A DNA stretch of 64,000 nt from Myxococcota bacterium (lineage in GTDB: Bacteria > Myxococcota_A > UBA9160 > SMWR01), in NCBI GenBank assembly GCA_030749415.1, contig JASMKC010000045.1, forward strand, positions 5,897 to 69,896, given 5' to 3'. This document shows positions 29,390 through 38,609 of this stretch, in pieces. Below the pieces are notes generated by a model. That model searched no databases. It saw only the letters and a list, made by a program, of their open reading frames with translations, and was not told the origin of the DNA. Position 1 is the first letter of the stretch, and each line of letters opens with the position of its first letter. A program made the translations under genes and the position numbers.

Positions 29390-30625
29390 ATGGACCGCTA
29401 TCTCGTGATCAACTCAGACGGACACGCCGGCCTTCCCCCCGAGCGCTACCGCGACTACCTCGATCCCCAGTATCGGGATGAGTTCGACCGCCAGCTCGAA
29501 GTCCGCCTGGCAGCACTCGCGCAGGCAAGCGAACTCCTCGAGATGTCTCAGCAGAGCGCGGACTGGGCGAAGGACAAGCAGCACGGCCTCGCCGGCGCCT
29601 GGGATTCCGATCGCCGCACCGAGGTGCTCGACGCCGACGGCGTGGCCGCCGAGATCCTCTACGTGGACGGCCTCACGGAACGAAACTCCCCGCCCTTCGG
29701 CGGCGACCTGGGGCTGCTGCCGATGGGCGCCGACCCGGAGCTGCAGTGGGCGGGTTGCCGCGCTCACAACCGCTGGCTCACCGAGTTCGTCTCCCTCGAT
29801 CCCGTGCGGCGCATCGGGCTCGCCCTCATTCCGCCCTTCTGGGACGTCGACCAGTCGGTCAAGGAAATCGAGTCGGCCCGCAAACAGGGCCTGAGTGGGA
29901 TCATGTTGCCGCACCTGTGGCAGAACCAGGATCCCTACCACCACCCGCGGTTCGACCCGATGTGGGCAGCGTGCCAGGACAACGACATGATCGTCCACTT
30001 CCACTGCGGCGCCTGCCCCATGCAGGACTACTTCGGCACGGAGCTATTCGGTCAGCAACCCGGAGCCGAGCCGCCGACCCATCTGCCCGGCGGGCTCGGG
30101 ATCTTCGTCACCGAGATACACTTCTGGCTGGTGCGACCCATCGTGTTCATGATCTGGGGCGGCGTGTTCGAGCGCTTCCCCGGGCTCAAGGCGGTGGTCT
30201 CCGAGGGCACCTCGATCTGGGCGCCCGAGCTGCTGGCGCTCATGGACCAGCGCTACTCCGACCATCACTTCACGGCCAAGCTCGGCAACAGCTACACCGC
30301 GCACATCCCGTTGAAGCCGAGCGAGTACTTCAACCGCAACGTGCGAATCGGAAGCTCCTGCATGGCACGCCGCGAGGCGGAGATGGCCCATGAAATTGGT
30401 GTCCAGAACATCCTGTGGGGCACGGACTACCCGCACCCCGAAGGCACCTGGCCTTTCACCAAGAAGCTGATGATCGAGACCTTCCACGGCATGCCCGAAG
30501 GCGACATCGGGGCGATGCTCGGCGACAACGCGGTCGATTTCTACGGCCTCGATGTCGACAAGCTGAACCCGATTGCCGAGCGCATCGGCCCCGAGCGCGA
30601 CTGGTTTCGCGACGAGGTCGCCTGA
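29390..30625 (+). CDS. Amidohydrolase_2 family protein (paralog 3)
   Basis: GGAGGA RBS; INSDGHAG, HFHCG, WGTDYPHPEGTWP. Confidence 0.9.
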   Translation: MDRYLVINSDGHAGLPPERYRDYLDPQYRDEFDRQLEVRLAALAQASELLEMSQQSADWAKDKQHGLAGAWDSDRRTEVLDADGVAAEILYVDGLTERNSPPFGGDLGLLPMGADPELQWAGCRAHNRWLTEFVSLDPVRRIGLALIPPFWDVDQSVKEIESARKQGLSGIMLPHLWQNQDPYHHPRFDPMWAACQDNDMIVHFHCGACPMQDYFGTELFGQQPGAEPPTHLPGGLGIFVTEIHFWLVRPIVFMIWGGVFERFPGLKAVVSEGTSIWAPELLALMDQRYSDHHFTAKLGNSYTAHIPLKPSEYFNRNVRIGSSCMARREAEMAHEIGVQNILWGTDYPHPEGTWPFTKKLMIETFHGMPEGDIGAMLGDNAVDFYGLDVDKLNPIAERIGPERDWFRDEVA

Positions 30626-30679
30626 CCCCGATTGATCCACGACAGATCGGAGCCGGAGCGCTCCGACAAGGAGCCAAAC

Positions 30680-31852
30680 GTGAGTGAGTCTCTCTTCGAT
30701 CGACACCGTGCAATCGACACCGACACCCACGTGACCGAGCCTCCCGATACCTGGACCTCCCGTGTGGCCTCGAAGTGGGGTGACGCGATTCCGCATCTCG
30801 AACGCGACGACGGGAGGGACGTCTGGGTCATGGGTGGCAAGAACGCGGGGATGGGACCCGGCTTCGTCACGGCCGCGGGCTTCGACGGCACCTTCCCCGA
30901 GAGTCGAAAGACCTTCGATGAGTGCCCCGCCGCTTCCTGGGACCCGAAAGAGCGCCTGGCCCTCATGGACGCGGACGGCGTCTACGCCCAGATCATCTAC
31001 CCCAACGCCGGAGGCTTCGGCTCCGGGGCCTTCCTCAGCCTCGGAGAGCCCGAGCTCATGCTCGTCTGCGTGCAGGCCTACAACGACTTCTTGCTCGAGT
31101 GGTGCAGCGCCGATCCGAAGCGTCTGATCCCGGTGATGGCCAGCCCCTTCTGGGACTCCGACGCCTGGGTCGGCGAGATCGAGCGTTGTGCGGCACTCGG
31201 TCACAAGGCCGTCCTGGCCTGCAACCAGCCCAAGGCATGGGGCTATCCGGCGCTCTTCGACCCGCACTGGGATCGGGTCTACGCCGCCGCTCAAGACCAC
31301 GGCCTGTCGATCAGCTTCCACATCGGCGGCGGCTCCTTCGAGGAGATGGCAGGGGAGTTCAATGCCAGCGGAGGTGTCAAGGCCAACTTCGCACGCGTGT
31401 CCTCGACGATCTTCGCCGACAACGCGAAGCAGATCGCGGACGTGATTTTCGGTGGGGTCTGCCATCGCTTCCCCAAGCTCGATTTCGTCTCGGTCGAGAG
31501 CGGCGTCGGCTGGATCGGGAGTTCCCTCGAGGCCATGGACTGGCAATGGCGGAACGGCGGCGTGTCGAAGGAGCATCCCGAGTTCGACCTGCTGCCCAGC
31601 GAGTACTTCGAACGGCAGATCTACGGCTGCTTCTGGTTCGAGGAGCAGGCCCTCAGGGCGGCGCTCGAGCGCTTCCCCAACAACATCATGTGGGAGACCG
31701 ACTATCCGCATCCCACCAGCATGTCCCCCGGGCCGGCCACGCCGGCCCTTCCTCCGCGGGACTACATCGACCGGGCGCTCGCTGGCGTACCCGACGACGT
31801 CGCCCACAAGGTGCTCGAAGGAACACCCTCGAGGATCTACAACCTCGACTGA
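30680..31852 (+). CDS. Amidohydrolase_2 family protein (paralog 4)
   Basis: AAGGAG RBS before GTG 30680; DTDTHVTEPP, SFHIGG, ESGVGW, WETDYPHP. Confidence 0.9.
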   Translation: MSESLFDRHRAIDTDTHVTEPPDTWTSRVASKWGDAIPHLERDDGRDVWVMGGKNAGMGPGFVTAAGFDGTFPESRKTFDECPAASWDPKERLALMDADGVYAQIIYPNAGGFGSGAFLSLGEPELMLVCVQAYNDFLLEWCSADPKRLIPVMASPFWDSDAWVGEIERCAALGHKAVLACNQPKAWGYPALFDPHWDRVYAAAQDHGLSISFHIGGGSFEEMAGEFNASGGVKANFARVSSTIFADNAKQIADVIFGGVCHRFPKLDFVSVESGVGWIGSSLEAMDWQWRNGGVSKEHPEFDLLPSEYFERQIYGCFWFEEQALRAALERFPNNIMWETDYPHPTSMSPGPATPALPPRDYIDRALAGVPDDVAHKVLEGTPSRIYNLD

Positions 31853-31876
31853 TCGCAATCGGCCCGGCGCGTCGGC

Positions 31877-31984
31877 TCAGCTCGTGGATTGGTTTGCGGC
31901 CCGGCCTGCCTCCAGCTCGACACGGATCGCCGCGCGCTTGTTCTCGTCGATTCTGAGCGACCCGTAGAAGAAGAGCGCGCTCAC
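31877..31984 (-). pseudogene. Possible GPH/MFS sugar-symporter C-terminal remnant
   Basis: VSALFFYGSLRIDENKRAAIRVELEAGRAA* resembles the last TM and amphipathic tail of MelB-type transporters. Confidence 0.3.
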
Positions 31985-32018
31985 GGTGCACCGTGGAAGC
32001 GCCTTCGGGCTCGCCACA

Positions 32019-32206
32019 CTAGAGACGGATCGGAACGTGGGAGTAACCGCGGACGGTACTGGCGTGGATCATCTGGAGGCCGTCCTCGTCGACGTCGCTT
32101 CGCAGCGCAGCAGCTACTCGGCGCCGCAGGGAATGAGAGCCGGGGCGTCCACGAGCTTCTCGCGCTCGCCGGCGTGCCTCATCGAAGGTCTCGGGGGACG
32201 AAGCAT
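32019..32206 (-). pseudogene. Collapsed cytochrome P450 remnant
   Basis: One frame gives HAGEREKLVDAPALIPCGAE*LLR (J/K helix, ExxR broken by TAG); another frame gives DVDEDGLQMIHASTVRGYSHVPIRL* (P450 C-terminus); heme motif missing. Confidence 0.65.
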
Positions 32207-32291
32207 TCCTCACCGCAGTCGACCTAGAATGGAGGCTTGGCACACTGCCCGATGAAATCGTCGCATCGATCGACGCGATCTTCCCCATCAC

Positions 32292-32324
32292 GAATTAACC
32301 CCCATCCAGAATTAACCCCCATCC
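32292..32324. repeat. 16-bp direct repeat x2 (17-bp period)
   Basis: gaattaacccccatcc at 32292 and 32309, ending 11 bp upstream of ATG 32336. Confidence 0.9.
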
Positions 32325-32335
32325 CCGGAGCCGCC

Positions 32336-33115
32336 ATGCGCATTCGACAACTCGCACTCGTCGCCCGGGACCTCGCGACCACGGTGGGCCAACTGCGCAC
32401 CCTCTTCGCCCTGGACGACGGCTTCGCGGACCCGGGGGTCGGAACCTTTGGGCTCGTCAATCGCGTTCTCGTTCTGGACGACACCTTCCTGGAAGTCGTC
32501 TCACCCGACCGGAGCGGCACCACGGCCGAACGACTCCTCGAAAAGCGGGGCGGAGACGGTGGCTACATGGTGATCGTCCAGGCAGACGGCGACGACCTGA
32601 GTCTCACAGCCGAGCGCCAGCGCATGGAGCGCCTGGGCGTCCGCATGGTCTTCGACCTCTCCCTCGACGACATCTCTACACTCCACCTGCACCCCCGGGA
32701 CGTCGGCGGTGCAATTCTTTCGATCGATCGCACCATCCCCGCGAGCGCGTGGCGGTGGGCGGGGCCCGGTTGGGAAGCCCGCAAGAGCGAGAGTCGTATT
32801 GGAGGCCTGGTCGGTGCCGGAATCCAGTCGAAGGATCCGACTGCCATGGCACAGCGCTGGGCCGCAGTACTCGACTGCGAGGTTTCCAGCGGAAAAGAAG
32901 GCGTTGCCCAGATCAATCTCGTTGGCAGCGACCTCCGCTTCCTCCCGGACACCGACCGGCGCGGCGAAGGTCTCGCTGAAATCGACGTCGCTTGTCCTGA
33001 TCCCGAACCTGTCCTTCGTACCGCGAGCGACCTCGGACTCCGCTGCGAACCCGCGGCTCCCGCCGTTCACGTCGCTGGAGTTCGCGTGCGATTGCAAACG
33101 ACCTCGCGAAACTAA
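32336..33115 (+). CDS. Glyoxalase-like (VOC) domain protein
   Basis: MRIRQLALVARDL, DPGVGTFGLVN, TFLEVVSP, RGGDGGYMVIVQ, LHPRDVGGAILSID. Confidence 0.75.
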   Translation: MRIRQLALVARDLATTVGQLRTLFALDDGFADPGVGTFGLVNRVLVLDDTFLEVVSPDRSGTTAERLLEKRGGDGGYMVIVQADGDDLSLTAERQRMERLGVRMVFDLSLDDISTLHLHPRDVGGAILSIDRTIPASAWRWAGPGWEARKSESRIGGLVGAGIQSKDPTAMAQRWAAVLDCEVSSGKEGVAQINLVGSDLRFLPDTDRRGEGLAEIDVACPDPEPVLRTASDLGLRCEPAAPAVHVAGVRVRLQTTSRN

Positions 33116-33286
33116 TCGGCCGAAGGGCGACATTGAGGCTGAACTCGGCTGCAAAATTCATTCCTAGCACTCTCGAATCGCATGAACCAGCAGCGACAAT
33201 GGCAGTTCCTGGGCGAGCCCTCCCTGCCGGGGTCCATGGCGGTCCCCTACCTCCTCGGAGCCAAATGGGTATACCCTCCCCCGCCT

Positions 33287-33349
33287 CTATTTGACAGAAT
33301 CCCTACTCATCGAAGCTTGCCGAAGACGCAGCGCGAATTTCCTGGGCTC
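33287..33349 (+). repeat. Dispersed upstream element, degenerate copy B
   Basis: ctatttgacagaatccctactcatcgaagcttgccgaagacgcagcgcgaatttcctgggctc aligns along the full length of copy D with scattered mismatches. Confidence 0.6.
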
Positions 33350-33382
33350 GGATGCGCTCTCGGCCCTCTGGAGGACGAATTG

Positions 33383-34777
33383 ATGTCGGAGAAGAAATCA
33401 CAATCAGATGAGACCCGGGGTTCAGTCGAATTCCGGACCCTCGCAACGGAATCGCTTTCGCGCGAGACCTTTCCGGTGGGGGGCCAGGATCCCGAAGCCA
33501 CCTACCAGGTGCTCAGCGAAGAACTCCTTCTCGATGGGAACTCGAAGCAGAATCTCGCAACTTTTTGTCAGACCTGGGAAAGCAATCAGGTCCATCGGCT
33601 CATGGACCTCGCGATGGACAAGAACCTGATCGACAAGGATGAGTACCCGCAAACGGCCGAGATCGAGCGTCGCTGCGTCGCTCTTCTGGCCGACCTGTGG
33701 AACGCGCCGAAGGGTAGCCAGGTGGGTTGTTCCACCATCGGAAGCTCCGAGGCAGCGATGCTCGGCGGCATGGCGGCGAAATGGCGTTGGCGGGAAAAGC
33801 GGCGCGCGGCCGGCCTGTCGACCGATCGACCCAATATGGTGTGTGGGAGTGTCCAGATCTGCTGGATAAAATTCGCTCGCTATTGGGACATCGAAATGCG
33901 GGAGATCGAGATGTCGCCCGGCCGCCTTTGCATGGATCCCGAAGAGGTTCTGGAAAAAGTCGACGAAAATACGATTTTTGTCGTGCCCACACTTGGCGTG
34001 ACCTACCATGGTCTCTACGAGGACGTGCAGGCGATCAGTGAGGCGCTCGACGACCTGCAGGCGCGCACGGGTCTCGACATTCCCATCCATGTCGATGCTG
34101 CCAGTGGGGGATTTCTCATCCCGTTCACCAGGGGCGAGCACAAGCCCTGGGATTTCCAGCTCGAGAGAGTCAAGTCGATCAACTCGTCGGGTCATAAGTT
34201 TGGTCTGGCACCGCTCGGTGTCGGGTGGATTCTGTGGCGCGAGAAGAAAGACCTTCCAGAAGAGCTGGTCTTTCATGTGAGCTATCTGGGCGGAGACATG
34301 CCGACCTTCCAGATCAATTTCTCACGGCCGGCGGGGCAGGTCATTGCACAGTACTACGACTTCGTTCGCCTGGGCCGTTCGGGTTACGCCGAGATCCACA
34401 ATGGTTCTCACGAAGTCGCTCAATATTTCTGCTCCATACTGAAGACATTGGGCGAGTTCGACATCATTCACGATGGCGCTCCGGAAATGGGCATTCCTGC
34501 GGTGGTCTGGACGCTACCCGAAGGGGCCAATCCCGGATACAACCTGTATGACCTCGCCGACCGGTTGCGAATGCGGGGATGGCAGGTACCGGCGTACCCA
34601 CTCACCGGGACGTACAAGGCAACCCCAGTGCAACGCATCCTGGTGAAACTCGGCTTTACCAAGGAAATGGCCGATCTTCTGCTGCAGCATGTGAAAGAGG
34701 CTCTGGATTATTTCCAGAAGCACCCGGCCCACACCCCGCTTTCGGCCGAAGAGGGCGGTTCCTACTGCCATCTCTAG
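33383..34777 (+). CDS. gadB: Glutamate decarboxylase
   Basis: GGAGG RBS; LDGNSKQNLATFCQTWE, KNLIDKDEYPQTAEIE, TIGSSEA, HVDAASGG, PLP-lysine SGHK, GWQVPAY. Confidence 0.93.
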   Translation: MSEKKSQSDETRGSVEFRTLATESLSRETFPVGGQDPEATYQVLSEELLLDGNSKQNLATFCQTWESNQVHRLMDLAMDKNLIDKDEYPQTAEIERRCVALLADLWNAPKGSQVGCSTIGSSEAAMLGGMAAKWRWREKRRAAGLSTDRPNMVCGSVQICWIKFARYWDIEMREIEMSPGRLCMDPEEVLEKVDENTIFVVPTLGVTYHGLYEDVQAISEALDDLQARTGLDIPIHVDAASGGFLIPFTRGEHKPWDFQLERVKSINSSGHKFGLAPLGVGWILWREKKDLPEELVFHVSYLGGDMPTFQINFSRPAGQVIAQYYDFVRLGRSGYAEIHNGSHEVAQYFCSILKTLGEFDIIHDGAPEMGIPAVVWTLPEGANPGYNLYDLADRLRMRGWQVPAYPLTGTYKATPVQRILVKLGFTKEMADLLLQHVKEALDYFQKHPAHTPLSAEEGGSYCHL

Positions 34778-34829
34778 TCAGCGTCGTTCGTGCACAAAGC
34801 ATTCGTGGCGGGCTGTGCGGCGGGGAACT

Positions 34830-35209
34830 CAGCGTTCCCACCACTCGCATGCTGCTCCACAACCTGCTGCTCGGCGGAACACCACCACGCGGGGTTCGAT
34901 CGGAAACCTGCTGCTCGAGGCGCTCACGCGGCCCGAACTCCATGTACAGCTGGGGCATGCTCTCACAATCACAGCTTCCTAGCCGGGGGCGTAGGCGAAC
35001 CTCACCTCTTCCCGCTGCGGGCATTCTTCTGCAACAGGAGGAACAGAGCTGGGGTCCTCGCGCTCTCCGCCCACCCAGCCGATGCTCTCCTCGTAGAAGA
35101 GCAACAGCCTCTGGTCCAAGACCTCCGCATCCAGAACGCCGGCAAGATGACCGAAGTCGGAGAGAGTGCGCACGCAATTGCGCGCCCAGCGACCACGACG
35201 CAAATGCAC
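34830..35209 (-). pseudogene. Possible collapsed Gfo/Idh/MocA sugar dehydrogenase (WbpB/WlbA-like)
   Basis: Immediately after the aminotransferase stop: GRWARNCVRTLSDFGHLAGVLDAE (N-terminal pattern G.WG.N.VR...LG.L..V.DA) abutting DQRLLLFYEESIGW; stops and frameshifts follow. Confidence 0.35.
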
Positions 35210-36346
35210 CTAGGTATAAAAGTCTTCGATGGCGGAGATCACGTGGTCTTGCATGGTGCGGCTCAACTCGGGGTAGACGGGAAGCGCCAACGTCTGCTCC
35301 GCAGCCGTTTCGCTGTGTGGAAAGTCTCCCTTCGAGTAACCGAGATCCGCGAAACACTCCTGAAGGTGGAAGGGCACGCGGTAGTAGACCTCGCTTCCGA
35401 TCCCGCGCTTCGCGAGGAAGGCGCACAATTCGTTCCGGCGCTCGGGGACGCGGATCACGTACTGGTTGTAGACGTGGCACTCCCGCTTCCACGCAATGGC
35501 GGGCGTCACGGCGCCCGACGCGGGGAGCCTTTCGTCGTAGTAGGCCGCGTTGGCCTGACGCCGAGCGTTCCAGCTTTCGAGATGCGGGAGCTTTACGCGC
35601 AGGGCCGCCGCCTGGATGGCATCGAGTCGAAAGTTGCCTCCCACCAGGGAGTGGAAATTCTTGGGTCTCGCCCCATGGCTGCGCAGACTCACGAGCTTCT
35701 GGTGAAGCGCACTGTCGTCCGTTACGACCATGCCCCCGTCGCCAATTCCGCCCAGGTTCTTGCTCGGAAAGAAGGAGAAGCAGCCGGTTGTCCCCATGCT
35801 GCCGGCCCGTCGCTCGCCACCGCGTGAGGGACAGCGAGCCCCGATGGCCTGGGCGGCGTCCTCCACCACGGGGATCCCGTGGCGAGCCGCCGCCTCGAGA
35901 ATCGGATCCATGTCCGCGCACTGGCCGTAGAGGTGGACCGGAACAATGGCCTTGACGCGCGAGCGCTTCTCCGGGTGGGCATCCAGCCAGGCCTCCAGCT
36001 GCTGAGGATCGAGGTTGTAGGTGCGAGGAACGATGTCAACGAAGACCGGCCGAGCCCCCAGCCGCACCACCGCCCCCGCCGTGGCAAAGAAGGAGTAGGA
36101 GGTAGTGAGGACCAGGTCGCCGGCGCCCACGCCCAGGGCCATGAGCGAGACCAGCAACGCATCGGTGCCCGAGGACACGCCCACCGCGTGGCGGCTGCCC
36201 ACGCAGGAGGCCACCTGTTCCTCGATGGCCTCGACTTTCGGCCCGCCGATGTAGCGGGTCCCGCGAACCACCTCGAGCACCGCGGCCTCGAGTTCCGAGG
36301 CAATGCTGGCGTACTGCGCACCGAGATCGAGGAGAGGAACCTTCAT
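35210..36346 (-). CDS. DegT/DnrJ/EryC1/StrS sugar aminotransferase (WbpE-like)
   Basis: [61 protein letters not shown]. Confidence 0.92.
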   Translation of the reverse strand: MKVPLLDLGAQYASIASELEAAVLEVVRGTRYIGGPKVEAIEEQVASCVGSRHAVGVSSGTDALLVSLMALGVGAGDLVLTTSYSFFATAGAVVRLGARPVFVDIVPRTYNLDPQQLEAWLDAHPEKRSRVKAIVPVHLYGQCADMDPILEAAARHGIPVVEDAAQAIGARCPSRGGERRAGSMGTTGCFSFFPSKNLGGIGDGGMVVTDDSALHQKLVSLRSHGARPKNFHSLVGGNFRLDAIQAAALRVKLPHLESWNARRQANAAYYDERLPASGAVTPAIAWKRECHVYNQYVIRVPERRNELCAFLAKRGIGSEVYYRVPFHLQECFADLGYSKGDFPHSETAAEQTLALPVYPELSRTMQDHVISAIEDFYT

Positions 36347-36410
36347 GCGATGAGGCGAACTCCAGCCCGTTGTCCACGCCCTGGAAGGCGCCGGCCCCGA
36401 GCCTCTCACA

Positions 36411-36582
36411 GCCACGCTCGGGCTGCCAGTCACACACGTCGAGACTGGACTGCGCTCCTGGGGCCACGCTCGATGCCCGAAGAGATCAATCGGGTGATCG
36501 CCGGCCACCTCTCGAACCTGCTCTTCGCACCTACCACAGCCGCGGCAGAAAACCTCGTACTGGAGGGAATCGCGGAGAGCGT
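36411..36582 (+). pseudogene. UDP-N-acetylglucosamine 2-epimerase (WecB/WbpI-like) fragment
   Basis: [15 protein letters not shown] then a frameshift to [33 protein letters not shown]; both ends missing. Confidence 0.75.
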
Positions 36583-36817
36583 GCGCCTCGCGAGCCCGGC
36601 GTCGCCGAGCTCGCGGTACCGGTCTCACCAGAGGTAAAAGGTCGATCTCGCGATTCCGAAGCGGCGGCATGTCGTTCTGATGTTGCCGATCGTCTCGGCG
36701 TACTCGAGGACTCGCTTCTTACGTCTGATTTCACTTTGATCTTCCGTCATCTAGACCCCCTCGGTCAGCCTCTGTCATCGTGGCAGGGTGTCCGACTGAA
36801 TCTGTAATTTCACAACA
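36583..36817 (-). mobile_element. IS481-family-like transposase 5' remnant
   Basis: Left end 5'-TGTTGTGAAATTACAGATTCAGTCGGACACC; ATG 36750 gives [52 protein letters not shown] (HTH with premature TGA); no DDE domain. Confidence 0.7.
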
Positions 36818-37022
36818 GACCCACCCGTTCACCCTCCTCGAGTCCGAGCTCACGCATCGCATTCGCTACCCGCTTTGCCCGGGGCTTCAGTTCTTCGAAG
36901 GCAAAACGACACCCGGAGGAAGGCTCAACCAGAGCCTCTAGACTGGGGTCTCGGTGTACCCGACACGTGAGAAACGGTCGGACGTCTCGATTCTCTGTAG
37001 ATCCATTTCGGATGGGTCCTGC

Positions 37023-38354
37023 TCAATCCACGTATCCAAGCTGCCGGAGCTGCTCCATGAGGACCTCTTCGGAGCCGGATCCGGAACCCTCGAGTCGCAT
37101 TATCTCTGTCGTGTCGTAGGTCTCGATGGGCTCGACGAGGTTGCCCTTGAAAAAGCCAGGAACGACGCCGTCCATGTCCTGAGCCAGCGGTTCACCCAGC
37201 CATGCGAGTATCAGGGGAGTGACGTCGTTTACGCTCATGTCCGGCTTGGACGTCTTCTCGATGCCTGGTCCACGAGCGAAGACGATGCCGTCTTCCGCCT
37301 CGGCTGAGATGTGGCCGCCAGTGTGGGCGACACCGGTCTCCGCTGCTTCGAAGCCGTGGTCGGAGACGACAAGTACGAGATCGTGCTCGTCGTACCGTTC
37401 GAGAAACAGGCCGATGAGGGCATCCGTGAACTCGTAGTAGGTCTCGAGGGCCGCCCGGGCCGCTGCCTGCTGGCGTCTGTCGATGCGCCGTTTCTCCGAG
37501 TACGCTTCGGCCGGTTCGAAGCCGGCCCAGAGAAAATGGGAGGTGCGGTCGATGCCCTGGAGGAGCACCATGAGCAGGCTCGGCTGGATCTCGAGCTCAA
37601 TCTCGAGTGCGATCGAGGCGAACCTTTCGTCTTGCTCGTAGAAAAGGGAGTACTGCTCGAGAAAATCCTGGCCGGGAAGATCCGTATTCCCATCGAAGGG
37701 ATTGGGAACGTTCGTTAGCTCGCCCCTCGTGTGGTGCTCCGAGAGTGAACGCGCCTGCCAAGATGGCGGAAAGGTTACTGCGTTCCGCTCCTCTTCGACG
37801 GAGATGGGCTCGGGCTCGGACCGACCCGAGAATATTCTCGCGAGGTACTTCTTGCCGTCCACCTCATACGAGGTCGTGTGGTCGGAAACGAGGACTCCGT
37901 GCACCACCTCGGGTGGATAGGTCATCAGCCAGTTCACGACACCCACGGTATAGCCGGCTTCGGACAAGATGTTCCAGAGTGCATGGCCCTTACGGTCCGA
38001 GCTGTACAGAAGTCGCGTGGTCTTGGGTCCGGTCGATTTCACCCAACTCTTGATCCCGTGCTTGTCCGGCTCCTTGCCCGTCGCGACGGAGGTCCACACG
38101 CGGGGTGAAAGCAGCGGATGGTGTGATTTCAACGGACCGCTGACTCCTTTTTGGGCGATGCTTTCGAGGTGAGGGAGCCGGCCTTGCTGCATGAGTGGCT
38201 GGATCACGCGGAGGCTTGCACCATCAATCCCGATCACGAGCACACGGCCCGAGGGCGTCTCATCTCGGACGTCGCCGCAACTCAGCAGTGCTAGGAGTGC
38301 AGCCGAGGTGACGGTCCAGGCGGCCCGGCGACCGTTCAGGGCAGTACTCTGCAT
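37023..38354 (-). CDS. Alkaline phosphatase / nucleotide pyrophosphatase-phosphodiesterase family lipoprotein
   Basis: Lipobox LLALLSC; VIGIDGAS, SPRVWTSVATG, GIDRTSH, VVSDHGF; C-terminal LRQLGYVD. Confidence 0.85.
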   Translation of the reverse strand: MQSTALNGRRAAWTVTSAALLALLSCGDVRDETPSGRVLVIGIDGASLRVIQPLMQQGRLPHLESIAQKGVSGPLKSHHPLLSPRVWTSVATGKEPDKHGIKSWVKSTGPKTTRLLYSSDRKGHALWNILSEAGYTVGVVNWLMTYPPEVVHGVLVSDHTTSYEVDGKKYLARIFSGRSEPEPISVEEERNAVTFPPSWQARSLSEHHTRGELTNVPNPFDGNTDLPGQDFLEQYSLFYEQDERFASIALEIELEIQPSLLMVLLQGIDRTSHFLWAGFEPAEAYSEKRRIDRRQQAAARAALETYYEFTDALIGLFLERYDEHDLVLVVSDHGFEAAETGVAHTGGHISAEAEDGIVFARGPGIEKTSKPDMSVNDVTPLILAWLGEPLAQDMDGVVPGFFKGNLVEPIETYDTTEIMRLEGSGSGSEEVLMEQLRQLGYVD

Positions 38355-38609
38355 GGGCGATGCAGTCTAGCGCGACAATTGGTGTGCAGCTCAGGCTCGC
38401 TGATCCCAAGCTTCCGGCACACCCCAGCCACTGACGCTCCCTGCTCGACCTGCTGCAGCCCCAGCGCGATCTGCTGGTCCAAATATCGACTCTTTCGCAT
38501 GGTCTGACCCTTCCATTCTAAATGAAAAAAATCACACCAGACCTGGACCCAAATTCAGGGTTTGGGTCACCTGAGCTAGCCTCGAATACTGGCTGCACGA
38601 GGGGGACAA

